Assembly (NCBI GenBank): GCA_964016885.1
Contig: OZ024741.1
Location: 378,076,001 to 378,140,000, forward strand
DNA length: 64,000 nt
Origin: Eledone cirrhosa
Lineage: Eukaryota
Direction of reading: 5' to 3'
In this document: positions 1 to 12,968 of the stretch, one piece after another
Layout of the letters: the number at the start of each line of letters is the position of its first letter
Position numbering within the stretch: the stretch's first letter is position 1
Position numbers and translations under genes: made by a program
Notes under the pieces: model-generated
What the model was told of the DNA's origin: nothing
Database searches by the model: none
What the model saw: only the letters and a program-made list of their open reading frames with translations

Positions 1-1682
1 CTGTATTTTGTTTTTGGAGGGGGAAGGAAGAGAATTTTTTCTTTTTTGGTTTCTTTTTTTTTCCGGATATCGTTTCCCACTCCTCGTCGTCACAATCTGT
101 CTCCAGTTGTGATAGGCCAGGGAGTGGAAAATCCTCCACAGCCGTTAGTTTTGGTTGTGGTGTGGTGGATGGTGTAGGCGCTGGTGCTAGTTCTGAAGCG
201 TTGGGTGGTGGTGGTGTTGGTTTTGCTGGTGGTGGTAGTGGTGTTGGTTTTGCTACTGTTGCTGGGGTTGTTGCTGTTATAGTTGCTTCTGTTGTTGCTG
301 CTACAGTTGTTGCTGCCATCTCTGCTACTGGTGGTGTTGATGGTTGTGTCACTGGGGTGGGTAGGAGAGGTGGCCTCAACCTTTTAGCCTGAGGGCAGAA
401 AGCCCTTAGGTGGGTTCCTTCACCACAAACGACACACCTAGGTCTTCTGCCCTCGACAATTACCGTGAGGTGGCTGCCGTCAGTGAGGTCTATTACCTCT
501 GGAATCTCCTCAATGCTTTTTTGGTCCGCTTGGATCAGGAGCTCCATTCCAGATCCGGACCAGTTTTCCTGCTTTTCTTTTGCTACTGCTATTATTTTCG
601 TGTTGGCTTCGATGCCGGCGAGGACAGCCGCTATTAGCCAGGGAATTTCGATGGCCGGTGGAACGTGGGTCACCCTGACCTTTACGAGTCTCTGGCCACA
701 ATAGCTTGGGACGAGTGTGAGGTCGTCACTTTTTAATGGGGCCATGGAGTGTTCTCTAGCCTCCTCTGGTGTTTCAAAGAACACATCCACGGTGCCATAC
801 TTTTGCCCACGTCTGATGTAGGTTTTTCTTGCCCACACATGTCCCAAAGCTTTTTGGATTTGGGACTCGGATGCCCGTTCCACTCGGCGCGATTTTACAT
901 TTATTGTTCTATACGACACGGTGCACAGGCGCCTATGCTCCATTTTATTAGGTGGGGTGGGGTGGGGGGCTGACCCTGTACCATCTTTCTTTACCATTTG
1001 TTTAGCATTTTCTAAATCTTCTTGAGTTACCGTGAACGCTTCGAATTGTTTTGATACGATGGCGAAACTGAGGGTCGGTTTTATAATGTCATTGTTGTTG
1101 TTGCTATCGTTAATATTATTTTTAGTTTCAGTTGTGGTGTTGGTGACGTCAGTCGTCTTTGGTGCGGAAGAGTCCATTTTGCTTGATTTCATTTCGACAT
1201 CACGAGTTAATTTATTTTTTTCTTCTTTTGTTTCTGTTGTCGCGGTGGTGGTGGGGGTGGGGGTTGTCGCGGTGGTGGTGGAGGCTTTAACACCTGCAGT
1301 CATTGGTAATGGCGGGAAATGAATGTCTGCCTGAGACAAATTTAAAATATTGCTACTGCTTATATTTTGTTTTGTGTTGGCAAACGTAGTAACATTTACA
1401 ATGGTGGTGTCGGTGTGAGGTGTTATTTTGTGAGGAAGGCTTTCAGCTGCTTCGTGCAGAGGGGAATTAGCCATTTTTTTTCAAAGAAATTTTTGGATAA
1501 TAATAAAAGTTAAAATTTTGGGCACAAGGCCCCAATCTTTTGGGGTGTCCTTTTCGGAAAACAATGTATGTGTGCTTATAAACAGTTAACAATAAAATTT
1601 TCCATAAATGACAATTTTTAACAAACGGAAATAACAAACCTTTGCGGAGCTCACGATGATACGATTTACTACGTAGGTCGCC
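1..1682 (-). mobile_element. 5' part (5'UTR + degenerate ORF1) of a Tx1/L1-clade LINE, continuing off the window start
   Basis: Minus-strand translation of ~380-510 gives EIPEVIDLTDGSHLTVIVEGRRPRCVVCGEGTHLRAFCPQ. This is a CCHC zinc knuckle homologous to PISVEGKRPKCFRCGSKTHLRAFC in ORF 7299..8015, followed by a Pro/Thr-rich tail. Candidate ATG at ~1474; the 5' end abuts (TAA)n at ~1683-1700. Confidence 0.75.
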
Positions 1683-1699
1683 AATAATAATAATAATAA

Positions 1700-3297
1700 T
1701 ATTAATGGTGAAATCAGGGAAATGAGAAATGACATTGGAAAGCTTGAGTCCCTACTGAATGGGACACTAAAAAACATAGACACTAAAAATAGACTGGAAA
1801 TAAAGTACAAAACTAGGAGGAAAAAGCTAAATATTATCACAGAGGAACTGAAGCAACGCATTGTAGCAAAGAGTGCAAACATTAGGCGATACCAGAGCAG
1901 AGTCAGTCAGAATAGACAGAACCGCATGTTGCACAACAATCGGAAGTTGTTGTTTGGACAGCTTGAAAGGAAAGAAAGAGGCAACGACTTGATCCCTGAG
2001 GCGGAACAAACTAAGACACTCTGGAGAGGAATATGGAGCAGGATGTTAAACATAATGACCAGGCAGTGTGGACTGAGACAGTACAAAAGGAGATTAGTTA
2101 ACAGGCACACTAACAAACTGATTTGAGTATCACAGTCGAAACTCTTAAGGGGCAGGCCAAAGAACTAACCAACTGGAAATCACCAGGCTCAGATGGTGTG
2201 CAGGGGAATTGGATTAAAAATATAACATCCCTCCACCCGAAACTCACAACCATGTTCAATGACTGCGTGATGTCAGGTGAGGTACCAGACTGGTTGACAA
2301 AAGGTACCACAGTTGTGGTAATGAAAGACGGAATCAAGGGTAATGATGTTACCAACTATAGACCTATCACATGTCTGTCCGTAATGTGGAAACTGTTGAC
2401 AAGTATTGTGTCTGAAGAAATCTACCATCACCTCCACACAAACAACTTGTTACCGGACGAACAGAAAGGATGCCGAAAGAAGTCCCGTGGTACAAAGGAC
2501 CAGTTACTTATTGATAAGATGGTAATGAGGAATTGCAAGAGGAGATTCTTTAGTCTTGCCATCGGACGGATAGACTACACAAAGACATTTGACATGGTGC
2601 CTCATTCTTGGATCACCAAAAGCCTACAGATCTTCATGGTGGCAGATGACATCAGACAGTTGTTGGGTAAAATTATGAAGTCCTGGAAAACAGAGTTAAC
2701 TTCAGCTGGAGAATCCTTGGGAGGCGTGAAGATCAAGAGAGGTATCTTCCAAGGAGGTAGTCTGTCCCCTCTGTTGTTTGTCCTTGCCCTGATGCCCCTT
2801 ACCATTATACTGCGATAGAAAACGATCAGGTGAATGTGCTATGGGACTTTAGGATACAGACGGACAAGAAACTGGAACACAATAGGCCTGACATTGTGGT
2901 TTTGGACAAGGACATCAGATCGTACCTGATTGTAGATGTAGCCTGCCCATTTGACACGAGACTGCACGAAAAGGAGAGGGAGAAAATTAACCGAAACCAG
3001 GACTGAAAGTGGGAGGTAAAAAGGATTTGGAACTGCCATGTAGTCAGAGTCGTCCCGATTGTCATAGGCGCACTAGGTACTATCTCAAATAGTTTCCAAG
3101 GATGGTTAAACAAATTATTCCAGCCCCGCTTTTTGAAACACTTGAAACGGCATGCTTGCTGGGAACAGCAAGAACCCTCCAATACGTCCTGAATATCTGA
3201 GGCTTCAGGTAGCGGCTTGATATTCATTTCAACAAACTTTCCAGTTATATAACATTAATGACTGTGACTCAAAGAATAATAATAATAAAAATAATAA
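1700..3297 (+). mobile_element. 5'-truncated, internally deleted R4/Dong-type non-LTR retrotransposon (RT + restriction-like endonuclease)
   Basis: ORFs 1722..2126 and 2123..2818 carry RT motifs (NWKSPGSDG, NYRPITCL, EQKGCR, DYTKTFDMVPHSW, RGIFQGGSLSPLLF). 2830-3190 reads WDFRIQTDKKLEHNRPDIVVLDK..IVDVACPFD..VVPIVIGALG, a PD-(D/E)xK RLE. (TAA)n on both sides. Confidence 0.88.
2123..2818 (+). pseudogene. Reverse transcriptase fragment of the R4/Dong element (stops before the YxDD motif)
   Basis: N-terminal RT motifs present; the sequence jumps to the RLE domain at ~2820. Confidence 0.85.
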
Positions 3298-3599
3298 AGT
3301 TTCTTTATTGGCCACACGGGCTGACATCAAGAAAAACATTACAGACGGTACAGGACGATACGATGTGGGATTTGTGCGTGTAAAGATCTTTATTATTTAT
3401 ATAAGAAACGAAAAAGAAAAAGACATAGAAACATATATAGATATAAAGAATAAAAATGAAAATTCAAACACTGAAAAATTCCCCAATATGGGGGAAACCT
3501 CCGAGGGTTACTCGTGGCGAAAACCACACAAAATACCACGGCCACCCTGACCACCCGGGCAAACGTTTCCCTCCCAATTATTCCATTCCTCAAACTACA

Positions 3600-6500
3600 A
3601 GCGCATATTCAGAGCGGCCATGTTCACTCGGACCATTCACGCTACATTCACCCACCTTTCAACAAACTTACTAGAAGACAAAACTTGCTTCTTCACCCTG
3701 ATTTTCCTCTTCAAGTGAAACATTAAAAGGGTAATCAGGGATTCGCCGAAGAAGAAATTTGTTAACCCTTTCAACCTTGTCCACCTCGCAATCTATTTTT
3801 CCATGGCCACCAGGCAGATGAAAACCGCCTGCCCTTCCTCCTCGAAGAAAGACGGCGAGACCATCTGCACGATGGACTCAATCAAAAACCGGATCGGTCC
3901 TACAGGCAACAGCGACATTTCGACATAGCTCCACAAGTCAGCAATGCTCGGGCACTGAACGAGTGCGCGCACGATGGATTCGTCGCTCTGCGCGCATCTC
4001 GGGCAGGTCCGGCTGACGGCACTTCCGTGCGTGTAGAGCTTATCTCGAACCGACAACACTCCCAGGTAGCACTTCCAGGACAGGCACTTTTGGAAATTAT
4101 CCATAGGCCCTGGGCTGAAAGTTCTCCGGAAGAGAGCAAACAGCTGATCTTCTTCGACGCCCAGGATCTATCAGAGAACATCGACGCTCTTCTCCTCCAC
4201 TAGTCCTCTATAGAACGCCGAGGTGGATGTTCCACCGATACTGGTGCCCAGCTGGCAGAGGGCGGTGAGCGCCTGAAGACATTCCAGTTTCCAAGCGCTA
4301 TCCCTCGGGCTTTTCCTGACCAAGGACTGCAGCTCCGTCAAGGAGACGAGCTGTGGGAAAACATGCCTGGCGACCACACCTGTTCGCCGTCAAGGAAGCA
4401 CCAGAGATGTCGCAGCCTCAGCGCATGTTTGCGTATCATCAGCCATGGCATGACCAGTCCTCCACGCAACGGGTGTTGACAGCAGATGGATCGACTTGCC
4501 ATGGGAGCGTGTCCCTTCCACAAAAAGCGGTAGAGGAGGCGCTCCATTTTGGTGAGAGTTGGGCCGGGGCAAGGGACGAAAGTGAGGCCTTAGCAGATGA
4601 CGGATGACATGTACGCATTCGCCACCTCCGCCCGGCCTTTCAGGGACAGCTTCCTCTCGGCTCATTTATGGGTGAAGGAGGCCACCCTGCTAGTCACCTC
4701 GCCCCAGTTTTTCTCCATCTGGAGATCGGTCCGAAATAGACCTCGAGCAATTTAATCGGTCTGTCAGTCCAGCTCCCCACGACGCTGTCGGACGGCATGG
4801 ACCTGCCTCTCAAGTTGCCGAGCTGTAAGCTCCCCGACTTTTCCTGGTTTATATTTGCTCCTGTCACCGCTTCGTATTCATTGAAAGCGGTGCCGACATC
4901 TGGACGTGTCTGGTGCTAGACACCACCATAGTGATGTCATCGGCGTACGCCGGCTCGGATTTCCCGCACCTTCGTTCGCGTGGGACGCCCCTCATCGCCT
5001 CCAGTTTGTGCAGTAACGGTTCGAGAGCCAATACGTACACGAGGGCCGAGAGGGGACAACCCTGGCGGACCGAGCGAATGATGCTGAACGGCTGCTTCAG
5101 GTGACCGTTCACCCTCACAACCGAGCAGATGTCGCTGTACATCGCAGCGATCCAACCCCTGAAAACTGGTCCGAAACCGGCAGCCACCAGGACGGCCGCC
5201 AGGTACCGATGGTCGACCCTATCGAACACTTTGTATTGATCCAAGTTGATCAGGGCGCCACCCGTGATAGGTTCCTTAACTATCCTCTCTAGGATGCATC
5301 GCATGAGGTTTTCGTGTATGGATCTGTCTGCAATGGCGCCTTTCTGCGCCTTTCCCACCAGATCCTCGACGAAAAAACGCCAACCTCGTTGCTAACACTT
5401 TGGCCAAAATCTTGAACTCTGCGTTTAGCAGAGTTATGGGCTTGAAGTTATCGATAACATCCCCCTTGTTCGCGTCTTTTCTCGGCAGCGCCACCGCTCC
5501 CCAGCTCACAAAACTGGGAATGCTCCCGTTCTGCTGCCAGTTGCTGTAGACGTCTGCCAAGAGGTCACCGAACAAGTCTGGCATAAATGAAAAAAGCTCG
5601 TAGGGCAGACCATCCAAACCTGGCGATGTACCCCTCGTGCTGTCAGCCATCCATTCCCGTAATTTACCGGTTGTTATTGGCTTTTTGCAACAGTGTGCTG
5701 CGGTCATCTAGAGCCGAGGCAGTCCGTCGAGGTATTCCCTGAAGTCCATACCCCGATCCGGCCCGTGGCTGCTCCCGAACAGTTCAGCAAAATGCTGCTG
5801 AAAATCTTCACACATCTGCACGGGTTCGAGCAACACGCGCCCGTTTTGGTCAGATAAAGACCGAATTGTGGCTTTATTGCCTCGTCGCGCCTCTGACACC
5901 CGGACCCATTGGACGGCTTTTGTCCTCTCGTTATTCAGAGCACGGGCTCTAATTCTGACAACACAGCCTTCGTATTTTGCGTTGAAGAATTGGTCGAGTG
6001 CCAATTTCGCCGGAAGCACGTCGGTTCCGATACCTGTCCTAAACGCCTCTTCTAGCGCTCCCTCTACTCTATTTTCCTCTATCGCTACTCTCTTGCTAAA
6101 CCTAATCGACTCTACTTTAATTGCCCTTTTCAGAGCAAACCCTCACTTGTTGTTGACGACCGCTCCCGTCAACGCCCGCCTAACAAATACGTTAATCCGG
6201 TCTCTGTAGACTTTGCGCTCCGGGAAAGACGCTTCCAGCTTCCAGTAACCGGGTCCTTGTCTATGAAGTCGGTCTATATCGATCTCACAGATAAAAAATG
6301 TCTGGTCCGTGTAGTGGACTATTTTAAATTGTGGACAACCTATACTAGCCTTATCTAGTTCCCTGCAGAATACCCTACTATATACGATCTGGATGACCCG
6401 ATGCGGTTTGTCCATTTCCACATTGGCAGATTCGGGTGATCCAGTCGATACCTGTCAGATATTTCAAAATGTCTGAGCAGGTTGGTGAGGCTCTTACACC

Positions 6501-7017
6501 CTCCTCCCCTATCCACTAGCCACACACAATCCCAGCGTGCATCCAAGATACCGTTCCAGTCGCCCACTAACACTAAATAGCGGGACGTTCCAAGAAAGTT
6601 CTCTAGACGTCTGAAGAAATCTGGCCGTCCTGCCCCTGTCGGGTTATAGGCGGCTACTAGCCTGAAACCGTTTCCTTCGGTGCCGTACACGTCCGGCACC
6701 AACGACTTACCTTCTGGGTCCAGGAAGATGGTCCGTATGGCGAGACCCAAGCCTTTCCGAAACAACACAGCCACTCCACCCCCCACTCTCGGTCGGCTTG
6801 GATATGCGTACACCTCGTAACCGTCAAAGAACGGTGCTAAAGCTTGCATTTCTGAGATTCTCGTCTCGCTGAGGGCCGCCACATCTATGTTTACTGACCT
6901 GATGTCGTTAAGCAAGTGACACTGCTTCCAAAACGAGCTCAAAACACGCACGTTTAAACTTCCGATCCTGAATACGGCCATGTTGGGTGTGGAACGGGGC
7001 AAGTCAGAAAGGATCAC
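3600..7017 (-). pseudogene. Tx1-like ORF2 (AP endonuclease-reverse transcriptase), several frameshifts and stops
   Basis: Collinear fragments 6355..7017, 6143..6421, 5708..6019, 5276..5707, 4864..5358, 4338..4547, 4171..4377 and 3793..4104. Confidence 0.9.
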
Positions 7018-7019
7018 TT

Positions 7020-8912
7020 ACCTTGATCGTCTGGTGAATGGACCGTTGAACCATCCCTTCGGCTGGTCGTCGGCTCTTCTGTGAGTATATCCGAGTATAC
7101 TCTCCGGTTGAGTGTCCCTCCTAGATCTCTGAAATCACCAACTGCGTTGGGGAATTAAATTTTAACGTTAGTGTATTGTTTCTGTGATATTTTTACCAGT
7201 CTTATGTTCGTTGTTGTTTTGATTGGTGCTGGTATTATGTAGTCGTGCTGTGAAATGTCTGTGTTCAATTATGTAAATCATTAGTTTCTTGTGTGTATTT
7301 ATTGCTGTGCATTTCTTTTTCTGGGGGTGGGGTGTGGTTCTGCTATTTTCTTGTCGTTGTTGCTAGGTGTGTGTGTTTTTTGTTGTGTTTGCGATGTTGG
7401 TGCTTGTGATGGTGTTGTTGAAGGTGTTGTTGTTGTTGGCGGTTGGGTTGTGGTCGGTGGTGATGGTAGTGCTATTGTGGGTGGAGATGGTGTTGGTGGT
7501 GTTGCTGCTGTAAGTCTTTTTGCAGTAGCCTTCACCCTTTTTTCATTTCTTCCCTCCCTTTTCGAAGGCGACGATGCGCTGCTTCTCCATTTCTGCCTTC
7601 TTGCGGACGTTTGCAATCCCTCTCCCTCCTCACACTCCATGTCTGATTCTGTGAGGTCGGGGAGGGGTACCAGCTCCACTCTTTCACTTGTTCTTGTTCG
7701 TGATGTTTGCAGTGGAGTCTCTGTTGCAGCTGCAGTTGGTATTACTGTTCTTGTTGTTAATACTTCCACTGCTGCTGCTGTTCTTGATTTCCGTGGCGTG
7801 GGTATGGGTTCCACGGACCTATCCTTCCTGATTGCCGCCTGTCCTGTTGCTGGTAGCAGTGGAGCCGGTTTCGGAAATAGGGTTTTTTTCTCCTTTCTCA
7901 GGATCTTCTCATTGCAGAAGGCCCTGAGGTGAGTCTTCGACCCACAGCGAAAGCATTTCGGGCGTTTGCCTTCAACACTTATGGGAAGTTGAGTGCCGTT
8001 ATCGCAGTCTATCACATCTGGGATAGCTTCGATGCACTCCTGGTCGGTTTGAATTAAAATCTCAATGGTGGCGCCGACCCAATCTTCAAGTACTTTTTTC
8101 TGTACTTGCAGTACGGTTGTTTTGTCCTCAAATCCGACTAGGACAGACGCGGCAAGCCAAGTAGGGCCATCCCGAGAGGGGGGTCAATTTGCCCTCACAA
8201 TTTTTGGGTCACAGTAGGAGGGCACCAACAACATTTCCTCGCTCCTTAGTGTCACTAAGGATTGAGCCTTTGCCTCCTGGGGTGTGGCAAACAGCAAGTC
8301 TACGGTGGCATATTTCTTGCCTCGGGAGATATGCGTTTTCCGCTGCCACACAGACCCTAAGGATTTTTGTATTTGAGCCTCTGTGGCTCTTTCAATTCTA
8401 CGTGTTTTCGTGCTTACTGTAGGGTACGCGTACAGTGCTGTTGGATTTCGAAAGATTCTTCGGCTGCCTTAGAGATTACTCGGTGTCCGGTTTTCGTCAC
8501 CATCTTCCTTGCTTCCTGTAATTCTTCATTTGTCATAAGGATGGTTTCTAGGTTCTTTGCGATACCTGCAAAGGAGATTGTTTTTTTCTTTCTTGTTGTT
8601 GTTGTTGTCGTCAGAGCTACTGTTACCATTGTTATTGCTGCTGGTACAACGACCGCCGCCGGCGCTGCTACTGCTGCTGTTGTTGTTGTCGTTGCTGCTT
8701 CTGCTGTTGTTGTTGTTGCTGTTGTTGTTGTTGTTGCTGCTGCTGTTTTTGCTTATGCTGCTGCTGATTTTGTTGCGGCTGCAACTAGTATTTTTCTCGC
8801 CACTGATATTACGGCTGCTGCTTCTATTCTTCATGACGTCAGACGAATGAAATGGCTTTCCGTATTTACCGCAAAAATCTTTCGTCGTCGTCGTCGTGGA
8901 GAAATGTTCCAC
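7020..8912 (-). pseudogene. Tx1-like ORF1 (gag-like CCHC knuckle, Pro/Thr-rich)
   Basis: ORF 7299..8015 has CxxCxxxxHxxxxC. The upstream part (8414..8629) is broken up, with a trinucleotide-rich tract at ~8590-8780. Confidence 0.75.
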
Positions 8913-9332
8913 TCCACGCGCGTTCTCTTGATGAAGAACGCTACGAGATACTACATTTTCTTTTTCTTTAATGGCGTCGATTGCGAAAGAGAATACAGAG
9001 GCGATGCCACATTTAGAGAAGGGAGGGGGAGAGACAATCTTTTTCCTGACGATTGGAGGAGAAAAAGATGGACGGAGTGGGAGTGAATTGTGAAAATTAT
9101 TTTTTGTTGTTTTTTAAAATGAATATTGGGCACAAATCCCCACTAACTGATTGTATAACCCCGAATGGCCAACTAACGGGCGGAAAGACCCATCTCACGA
9201 GGAGGAGGGTGTCTTTATCTACAATTTGGTGCAAGTTTTAAACAATTTACAATTGTTACGCCTGTTAAAAATTACAACACTTACAGAGCCGAGCCTCCGT
9301 TAACCATGGCATTCAGCAATAATAATGACATG

Positions 9333-10345
9333 ATTTCTTTATTGGCCACATGAGCTGATATCAAGAAAAAACATTACAGACGACACAGGACGGTACAGGA
9401 CGGTACGATGTGGGTTTTGTGCGTGTACAATTTTTATTATTTATATGAGAAACGAAAAAGAAAAAAAAGACATAGAAACATATATATATAAACAATAAAT
9501 ATTAAAATTCAGACAATGAAAGATTCCCCAATAGGGGGAAATCTCCGAGGGTTACTCGTGGCGAAAACCACACAAAAGACCACGGCCACCCTGACCACTA
9601 GGGCAAGCGCCCGCTCCCAATTTTTCCATTCCTCAAACTACAAGCGTATATTCACTCGGACCATTCACATTACATTCACCCACCTTTCAACAAACTTGCT
9701 AGAAGACAGCACTTGCTTCTCCCACTCCGATTTTCCTCTTCAAGTGAAACTTGAAAAAGTTAATCAGGGATTCACCGAAGAGGAACGTGTCTGTCTTTAA
9801 CCCTTTCCGACCTTGTCCACCTCCACCACACAATCTCTTTCGCCATGGCCAACAGGGAGATGAAAACCGTGTAGTCGACTATTTTGAATTGTGTACATCC
9901 TATGCTAGAGCTATCTATTTCCCTACAAAATACCCTATCTAGATATGATCTGGATGACCCTATGCGGTTTACCCATGTCCACATTGGTACATTCGGGAAA
10001 TCCAGACGGTACTTGTCAGACAGTTGAAACCGTCTGAGCAGGTTTGCGGGGCGATTACACGCTCCTCCTCTATCCGCTAATCCGACACTGTCCAAGCGTG
10101 CATCTAAGACCCCGTTCCAGTCGCCCAGTATCACTACGTACATTAACGTTCCAAGAAAGGTTTCCAGACGCCAGAAGAAATCAGGCCGTCCTGCTCCTGT
10201 CGGGGCATAGACGGCCACTACCCTGAAAGCTTGCCCGTCTCCGCTGGTCACGTTCAGTACCACCAACTTACCTTCTGGGTCCAGGAAGGTGGCCTGTATG
10301 GCGAGATCCAAGCTTCTCCGAAAAAGCACAGCTTCTCCTCCTCCC
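9333..10345 (-). mobile_element. Internally deleted Tx1-like LINE copy (APE fragment fused to the 3' end)
   Basis: 9335-9868 closely matches 3301-3827. 9868-10340 matches the APE region ~6307-6780 (ORF 9772..10329: FLDPEGKLVVL..VYAPTGAGRPDFF..LGDWNG). Confidence 0.9.
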
Positions 10346-10348
10346 GAT

Positions 10349-12968
10349 CCTGTACGGCTGTTCCTGGCTTGTAATCACTTTTTTATGTTGCTTAGGTCCC
10401 AAATAAATAAAAAAAAGTGCTATTAAACAGTTAAAAGTTTGGGTTTGTAAAAATTCTAAGCTATTCACTAGAATTATTTGTATGTTGGATTTTACGTTGT
10501 ATGTAAGTTTAATTTGCTTATGTTAAATGATGTTTTTTATATATGTTTCAGATTAAATTAAAATTATAAAATAAAGAGTAATACCTAAAGAAAATTATAA
10601 AAGTGCAATAATGTATAAAAGTGGATTAAAGAGATTTATTGATACTGGATTTTCGCACCCTGTATAAAGAGTAAGTTGTGTTTTAAGCACGAATTTTAAT
10701 TAGTATGATTAGTGTTCTTTTATATTATTTAAATATGTATTTCCCTTTCAAATATTTATTTTTTATTGCATATCAAATTTATTTTGTATTTTAGGTTTCG
10801 ATCATGACAGTAGACTTGTAATTAACAATTTCTTTCATTGGACTTCTCTGCAATTTGGTGCTAAATATTAATTTTTGTTTTCAAAATTTGATGTGTTTAG
10901 CCTGAATTTCCCTACTTATTTTATACCCGTATGTTCATTTAACATGTTTTTATTTATACTTTCAGATCTATAAGATCTATATTTTCTGACTGCATGTATT
11001 TCTATATTTTTAGAATGGCTTCAAGAGGCTGCCGGCACCACCCTGACTCTTTCTGTTTTATATGCGGTGAGTATATAAAGAAGAGAGGCAAAATATTCTC
11101 CTTGGAAACGTCAGTGAAGCTTTGTGAAGCCTACCAGAAGTAATTAGGGATGCCAGTTGGGGACCAGGACAAGACCTGGGCCCCTCACTACTGTTGTGAG
11201 CACTGTAAGAAGACTCTGGAAGGGTGGCTGCGAGGTTAGAAAAGGTCCATGAAATTTTCCAAACCACTGGTCTGGTTAGAGCTAACAGACCACGCCACAA
11301 ACTGCTTGTTTTGCATGATGGATGTTAGCAAGCGGCGGAAAGGAAAGAATGCTGCTGATGTAGATTATCCAGATCTTCCATCATCAATTGCTCCAATTCC
11401 TCACTGCTCCAAATATCCCGTGTCAGTATCACAAGCTCCAGATGAAGTCCAAGACAAGTATTCTGAGGAAGAGGAGGAGATGGATGCTGACGACTTGGAT
11501 TACATGCCTGAGGTACCAGAAAAGGTTCCTCACTTCCCAAAGCAAAAAGAAGTCAATGTCTTGGTCAGGGATATGAGTCTGACCAAGTCCAATGCAGAGC
11601 TATTCGTCTCCAGGATGAAGCAGTGGAACTTGGTCAAGGAGGAAGCGCAGGTGACAGGGTCAGAGAAGTCGACAAGAACCTTTCTCAGGCTTTTACACTT
11701 TAGAGATGGTCTATGCTTCTGCCATGACGTGCCTGGACTGTTTTAGGTTATTGGGGTGCTGTTTATGCCCAAGGAGTGGCGGCTATATATGGACAGCTCC
11801 ACCACAAGTTTGAAGGCTATCCTCCTCCACAATGGAAACAAGTACCCGACACTGCCCCTAGCTCATTCAGTCTGCCTGAAGGAAGATTACTACAGTGTGA
11901 ATGTCCTTGTGGAAGCTCTGCAATACAACCAGTAGAATTGGGAAATCATTTGAGACTTCAAGATGGTGGCTTTCCTGTTTGGACTCCATGGAGGCTTTAT
12001 CAAATTCCAATGCTTCCTCTGCCTTTGGGACAACAGAGCCACCTCTGACCACTACAAAATAAAGAACTGGAAACAGCGTACAGAATTTGTAGTTGGGACC
12101 CGGAACGTCATGTGGGAGCCACTGGTTGATCCCAGGATTGTGCTCATGCCGCCACTGCACATTAAGTTGGGGTTGCTGAAGCAGTTTGTGAAGGCTTTCA
12201 ACCAAGAATCAGTCGCTTTTAAGTACCTTCTTGAGTTCTTCCCCAAATTATCTGATGTCAAAATCAAAGGTGGAAATTTTGTTGGATCTCAGATAAAGAA
12301 TGTGTTTGAGTCTAACGAGTTCTCCAATAAGCTCAATAGGATTGAGAGAACAGCATGGAACTGTTTCAAGGCAGGTGTTAAAGGCTTCCTGGGCAACTAC
12401 AGAGCTGAAAACTACCAGCTTCTGGTGTAGGATCTGATAAAGGCTTTTGGTGCCATGGGATGCAGGATGTCGCTTAAACTCCATAAGCTGGACGCCAACA
12501 TGGACAAACTCAAGCACAATATGGGGGCCTACTCAGAAGAACAAAGCGAACGATTCCACCAAGATGTGAAAGGGATAGAGCGGAGGTACCAGGGCCACTA
12601 CAATGAAAAATGATGGGGGACTATATCTGGGGGCTAGTGCGGGAATGCGGTTGTAGTCCCTACAACCGCAAATTCAGGAAATCCAGTCATTTCTGACGCT
12701 TTATAAGTGTTATTTGTTTTTACTTGTTTGCTTTTGATAGCTTTGTGTAATAAAATAAATATATACTCTGTTGATTTATTTATATGAACAGATAAATTTT
12801 TAAAAAATGTGTTTTTTCTTGAAAAAACATGAAAATTTCGAAATATCAAACTCCTGACCACAAACCCAAACTTCTGATTAAATAATAGTGTTTTTATTAT
12901 AATAATGGCATATAACAAACCATGAAATGACACTTAGAACCGGGGAACAAAAAATATGTTACACGGTG
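10349..12968 (+). mobile_element. Chapaev3-like (CMC superfamily) DNA transposon, decayed, outer left TIR lost
   Basis: The right end reads CACCGTGTAACATATTTTTTGTTCCCC on the minus strand and is followed by TAA on the plus strand. Subterminal inverted match: AAGTTTGGGTTTGT (10435-10448) and ACAAACCCAAACTT (12860-12873). Family assignment comes from my recall of the transposase motifs. Confidence 0.75.
11015..12700 (+). pseudogene. Chapaev3-like transposase with stops and frameshifts
   Basis: MASRGCRHHPDSFCFICGEY; DHATNCLFC; YPDLPSSIAPIPH; WRLYMDSS..SLKAILLHNGNKYP; FQCFLCLWDNRA; MPPLHIKLGLLKQFVKA; SEEQSERFHQD..RRYQG. The ATG is preceded by a TTTTTAG splice-acceptor-like site. Confidence 0.8.

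Larger units (their letters stand above)
3299..9317 (-). mobile_element. Near full-length, frameshifted Tx1/L1-clade LINE (ORF1 zinc knuckle; ORF2 APE-RT-Cys-rich C-terminus)
   Basis: ORF1 pieces at ~7020-8912 (CFRCGSKTHLRAFC). APE at 6355..7017 (SLNVRV, LSETR, LVGDWN). RT at 5276..5707 (SPGLDGLPYE, FKPITLLNAEFKILAK) and 4864..5358 (VRQGCPLS, YADD). C-terminal CPRC..ESIVRALVQC. Minus-strand AATAAA at ~3304-3309. Confidence 0.92.

Noticed and set aside
7291-9086. Plus-strand hydrophobic ORFs (7291..7932, 8367..9086, 8557..8850; also 162..392 and 1032..1322) resembling membrane proteins
   Set aside because: Antisense shadows of the Thr/Pro-rich Tx1 ORF1 and of trinucleotide tracts.
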